Source: Nageia nagi (Eukaryota; Plantae; Pinophyta). From it: 64,000 bases of DNA. The notes beneath the pieces are model-generated. The model did not search any database. It was not told where the DNA came from and worked only from the letters and a program-made list of their open reading frames with translations. Positions 58,896 through 64,000 of the stretch are shown piece after piece. Position numbers and translations under genes: made by a program. The first letter of the stretch is position 1, and every line of letters starts with the position of its first letter. The stretch covers positions 164,238,001 to 164,302,000 of the forward strand of contig JBITNC010000001.1 in assembly GCA_050084985.1 (NCBI GenBank), in the 5' to 3' direction.

Positions 58896-60586
58896 TACAT
58901 TCTATTTGTTTATGTCAAACACCCCTTATTTTCCAAGTAAGATTTGGATGTATTTTCAAGTGAAGTCATAAACTTTGGTAAATTAACAACTTGATGACCT
59001 ATTGAACATGGTAACCTTGATGGATAAAATATTTATGTGGTGATCCCATTATAGTAAAGAAAATAGATCTTGGAAACATCCTATATATCCATACATATTT
59101 TTGGAGATATAAGAAGAGTTTTGTATGGGTATGCCCTTTTTTCATCCTTAATGTTGTTGGAATAATTTGTACTTAATTAATTTTAGATATTTTTCACATA
59201 TTTTTTCAAAATGGGGACAAAATTAGTTAGTACTAAGACTTAGTCAATTTTTGAGCATTTTCTATAATGTTCATTTTTTATGAAGATTCGATAGTTTTTG
59301 ATATATGAGCTTTGTTGAAATAGCAATGAAATCATTACAGTATTACACTTAGCCATTTTCTCATGTTTTATAGAACATTTGATTTTGGAGGAGATCCAAT
59401 AGAGAAAAGAAGACCAATTTCTATTAGAACAATGAGAAAATCATATAAGGTATTTTCTACAATTCTAGCCCTATTGAAGGTTATTCAATCATGTACCAAA
59501 GAAGTTTCCAATCAAATCAATCACCTTATATGTTCTAGTTTTGAAGATCTAAGTTTCAACCATCCAAGTCTAAGCATGGGTGTAGAAGTATGCCAAAATA
59601 ATTCATTTTACTTAGTATTTGATTTTGATGAGTTCATTTGAATGCAAGTACTAGTAAATAGTGTTGGAATCCCAATGAAATACATTTTCATCCTAAGAAG
59701 ATTATTTTTAATTCTAGATTTGAGTTTCAAGTTTCAGACAAACTAAAAAGTGTTAGTGCATATAGAGGATTGTTTCAGATATTTGTAAATGAGAATATGA
59801 GTTGTAAATATGATTAGAAATCAAATATGATATATTCTAAATATCTCAACAGTTAGTTATAAATATTTTATCTATTAGAGTTTGTTAGAAGATATTTTAT
59901 AGAGGGAAAACTATAAGTATCTTCTCTATTATAATAGAAGGATTCAAATATATTTGATATTACCTCTATTTTGTACTTGTATCAATGATAGTAGGATATA
60001 ATTTGCTTCTTGATCTCTTGACTATGATCTACTTATCATTGTTCTTAAATTATTATGTTATATTCTTATTTGCACTTCATGGAATGTGAGAGGTTAGTAG
60101 TAGTTAATCCGTATTTGCAAAATGCTTATAAGTTATTATTACTTGGAGTGCTGTGCATTATTTGGTGGTTGCAAAATCAAACTATTTGACCAGTTTAGAT
60201 TATGATATAATGAATGCATGTGCTGGTTTGGATATTTGATTTTGATTATTTACACTCACTAACCTAGAATCTTAGATTTGCTTTAGTTTTGCAAGTTTGA
60301 TTTATACAATCTTTGCTTTTGTAATTCCTATTCCAATCCCAATAGGAATCAACCTTATTTGGAGACAGATTTCTAGCAATAGAAATCACATCATTAAAAT
60401 TATAGCTATGAATTTGATATATGGGCACTTGTACAAATTACAATATCTTATTCAATACATCCTTTTGATGAACAAACTAGATGATATCTCATCTTAAAAG
60501 GTGATTTTATCATTGAAGTGGTGATCACCAACTTTCATGGTCACCAAACTGATGGAAGATTAATCCTCCTACACCTAAGATCACCT

Positions 60587-61077
60587 TGGAGAAATCTTCT
60601 ACTTCTAAGTAACATCTCAATAACATACATGTAAAGAGAGAGGGAAAAGGATATATAATGATTCCTATCTATCAATAGAGTAATCCACTTTAAGCTTGAT
60701 TCTATTACTTCTCAAGACTTACAAGACTCTCTTACAACACTAGGATTGTATCCTCCTATCCTTATTCACACTAAGAGCATTACAATGCTTAAAACTAGAG
60801 TGATGAATGCTTGAGGAGAGCCCTTAATTTATAGGAAAAATTTCCACTTTTTCTCACCCTTTTACCCAAGGGGAATGACATCATCTAAAGGATAAGAATA
60901 GTCATATGTGGGACAAGTTTCAATATTTAATTCACTAAATACTTGAAAGGTATTTAGAAATAGTTTTAAGTATCTAGTGAATTAAATATTGAATTACATA
61001 AGGAGAATAAATATCATTCTTTAGATACCTTTCTAAAGAATAATTTATATAATAGTGCATTGTTAATTCCAAAACAA
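60587..61077 (-). mobile_element. Probable solo LTR (Copia-like), approximate ends
   Basis: Minus-strand CCTATAAATT TATA context and a U3 hairpin at 60919-60993 resembling those of the LTRs at 2491 and 50403. Confidence 0.45.
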
Positions 61078-61971
61078 TCTCATGCTTTCCTATCATGACA
61101 TTCACTAGGGTATCATGATCACGTCAATTTAAGTAGTAAATATCCATAGGAAATATTGATACAAATATAACTAATCATGATGTAGTGTCATATCAAATAT
61201 ATCATATGTAACTAAATATAAATCTAGAAGTGGTAAGAACAAGTTCCCACCAAAAAGATTGTTAACTTCAAATATAATAGATATGGGCTATTGGGTTGAC
61301 TTTCTACCTAAGTAGGGAATTCAAATATTCCTTTTTAAATGGGTATGGTTATTAAAATAATAAATTAAATGTAGTTTTTTCATTTATGATTTATGAATAT
61401 ATATACATTTTATATTTTATCTCCTCCATAATAGCCATGGATTTCCAATGGATAAACCATCATTGGTTGATTATTTGTGATGGCTATATAAGATAAGAGA
61501 TGAAGATGACTCAGGATATAATACTCAATTCTTGAAATTTAGGTTATGCATTCTTTCAATAAGATAAAAGTATATATTCTCTTTATTTTTTCAACTTCCC
61601 CCTTTCTTTAGTTGAGGCATTGTTGTATTTTTATCCCACAAAGTGGAGATTATTTCCTTTGATCATGGGAGATAGTAATATTTTGATATCCAAATTGGTT
61701 TGTTATGCTCTTGAAACTATTTCCTAGAGCTCTATCATTCCATTGGGTGATTTTAAATCACACATTCCTAATTTGAATACATTTATGTATTGGATTTTTG
61801 TGACCTTCCTTGTATTGATATCATTTCCTACAACTCAAAAATGATTCCTTATTGGTAATGGGTTTCTAAGTTGAGATTATTTTCTTCTATGGAAATGCCA
61901 CCAATGATTCTTTTCTTATTTAAATTTCCCTTATTAATGTATAATATTTTTTATTCCTTACCTAATGAATA

Positions 61972-62676
61972 TGTTAACACCTAAATTTGAATTTTAATTT
62001 AATTAAAATACCCTTTTAGGTACTTAAATTATTTATTTAATTTCTCCTTTCCATGTGCACTCTCATCTACCTTTATGTTTTATGGTAACAAGTTGGCTTA
62101 ACATCATAATAAGCTTAAGGAGGAGCCTTAGCACTAGACTTGTTGCCTATAAAGGTGGAGGGGTTGTGCATGATCAAAGATATGATATAATTTTGAATCC
62201 TTGATAGTGGCAATATACTTATGTCATTCTTGATTGGTGTTTCTTAACACCACCTATTATTTTTGGATTTTTTTTTATGATTTGAGCTTTGTATTCTTAC
62301 GATCCTTCATCCCTTCATGAGTGCAATTACATGCATCAAATGTGGGATGATGACATCGAGCAAAAGGGAGAGGCATTCTAGAATAATAATTGGGAAACAT
62401 TGTTGGGTTCCTAAAACTAATGCTAGGTTAAGATCAAATTTATGGCTCTGTATTTTAGAGAAGCTCATCGTTGATCCTTCTTCGATTGGATTTTATCTCC
62501 ATTCATGGTCATAGTTAAAGTATAGGTTTTTATCTCTTGTAAATCCAATTTTGATAGGTCAAGGTCAATTAGGCTATTATCATCTTTCATGTCATCATTT
62601 TTTTGTTATTTCATAGTTAATTGGTGAATTTAATATTCTATAAATAACCTTAATCATTATTATTTTGGTTATAATA
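61972..62676 (-). mobile_element. LTR of the same family as 46046-46730, inverted
   Basis: It is the reverse complement of the 46046 LTR, for example CCAATTTTGATAGGTCAAGGTCAATTAGG. Ends are TGTTAACACC...TTATAATA. No matching TSD. Confidence 0.65.
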
Positions 62677-64000
62677 ATTAGTGAACCTAACTTCTTTTGT
62701 AATGACCTACGTGATGACACCATTTGACCTCGAGCACTATCAAGGATGTAAATGAAATCATGTTTGAACCATTTCTATGTGATGATAGATTTTAAGTGGA
62801 AATATATATATATTTTGGTATCAAGTTGATGCTAGCTTTGAAATTTTATGACACAGGTAACAAGTTATTGCAAGATGAAAGGAGCAATCGAATACCCAAG
62901 GAACCAAATGTGAATTGGTGATGGAAATGGAAGGGTAAGAGTGAGGAAATGATTAGCATTGATTCACTAATAAATCATAATGTGTAGACCCAAAATAATG
63001 CATATTATTATTTATAGAGGTTAATTAATGCACTATTGGTCTACTTTTTCTTATTATCGCATATATCTAATATATGGTAATAACGAATAAGAGAAATACA
63101 CTTATCCTTATTTAGGTCACATATTCATTATGTTAAGAGAAAAATACACAAAAGACAAGCATACATTCATTAAATTACATGCCATTGGTGTCCTTTATTA
63201 GGAACGTTAATGATGGCTTAAAATAAGCAATATAAGAGATGTAATAAAGAATGTAGTGATGAGCGAACATAATAATCATCAAATAAAAAATATAAGATAT
63301 AACTTATGAATAATATTTGAACATAAAAAAGTGATGTATCATGTGCTAGAATCTCTCTAGGATCCTCCTCATATTCATTTGCTCGTGAAACTTAAGGTCA
63401 TCAATTGATTCCTTTATATAGGATATAAGTTTACATGACTTTGATCTTTCTAACCCCTTGTATGCCATGAGGGTCCACTAGACATATTACATAGCTTTAT
63501 TATGAATTAGGGTATTATTTAACCCCTTTTTATATAATACATCATTGAGGATCTAAAATGAATTATTTAATGAATAATAATTCATTTTTAGGCATCTACA
63601 TTTGCTCCTGTTTGGAGGTGTGATTGAAGCAATGAAATTACATGTCCAAAGAAGAAGTGTAGAAGAAATTTTTTTGAGAAATTTGAATTCTTTGCTGCAC
63701 TATCCCTTGTTGTTGATGATGATGAGGGTCTCTTGCTTCCCCCTTTTGACTTGAATTCCCTAAGAAATTTCATTGAATGGTGCAACCAATAAAAAACTAT
63801 GATGGAAAGTCTTTCTCTAGGAATGATATTGTGTAAATGTAGTTGGATGATTCCATATCCAATGTTGGAGATGGAAGATGTGTATTTGCCCCTTGTACTA
63901 CTCCAACCATGAATCTGGCCACTTCATCATTGCTGATACTTAAAAACCATTCATACTTATGTCCATGCCTTGAAATAGAGAAGATCTTCTTTAACTAAAA

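Overview
This is an AT-rich, transposon-dense land-plant nuclear region. Long TE-filled introns and the style of the repeats suggest a conifer or other gymnosperm, which is my inference. Two intact spliced host genes converge: the shared RNA polymerase subunit RPB10 (+, 4 exons, 71 aa, 9503-14643) and an uncharacterised, probably plastid-targeted FAD-dependent amine-oxidase/carotenoid-desaturase-like gene (-, 13 exons, 581 aa, 18520-33286). The rest is nested mobile DNA: a pol-less Gypsy-type element with an antisense PMD gene, several decayed Copia, Gypsy and LINE fragments, and hAT derivatives. A 42-59 kb block carries PPR-DYW and GRAS gene fragments between CACTA-like subterminal repeats. 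The most notable object is a full-length Ty1/copia element (50403-58370, 489-bp LTRs about 98% identical, PBS, PPT, TSD). It carries a MADS-box ORF between its PBS and gag, and a canonical GT-AG splice pair would join that MADS frame in frame to Gag-Pol. All coordinates and translations were read by hand; no searches were run.
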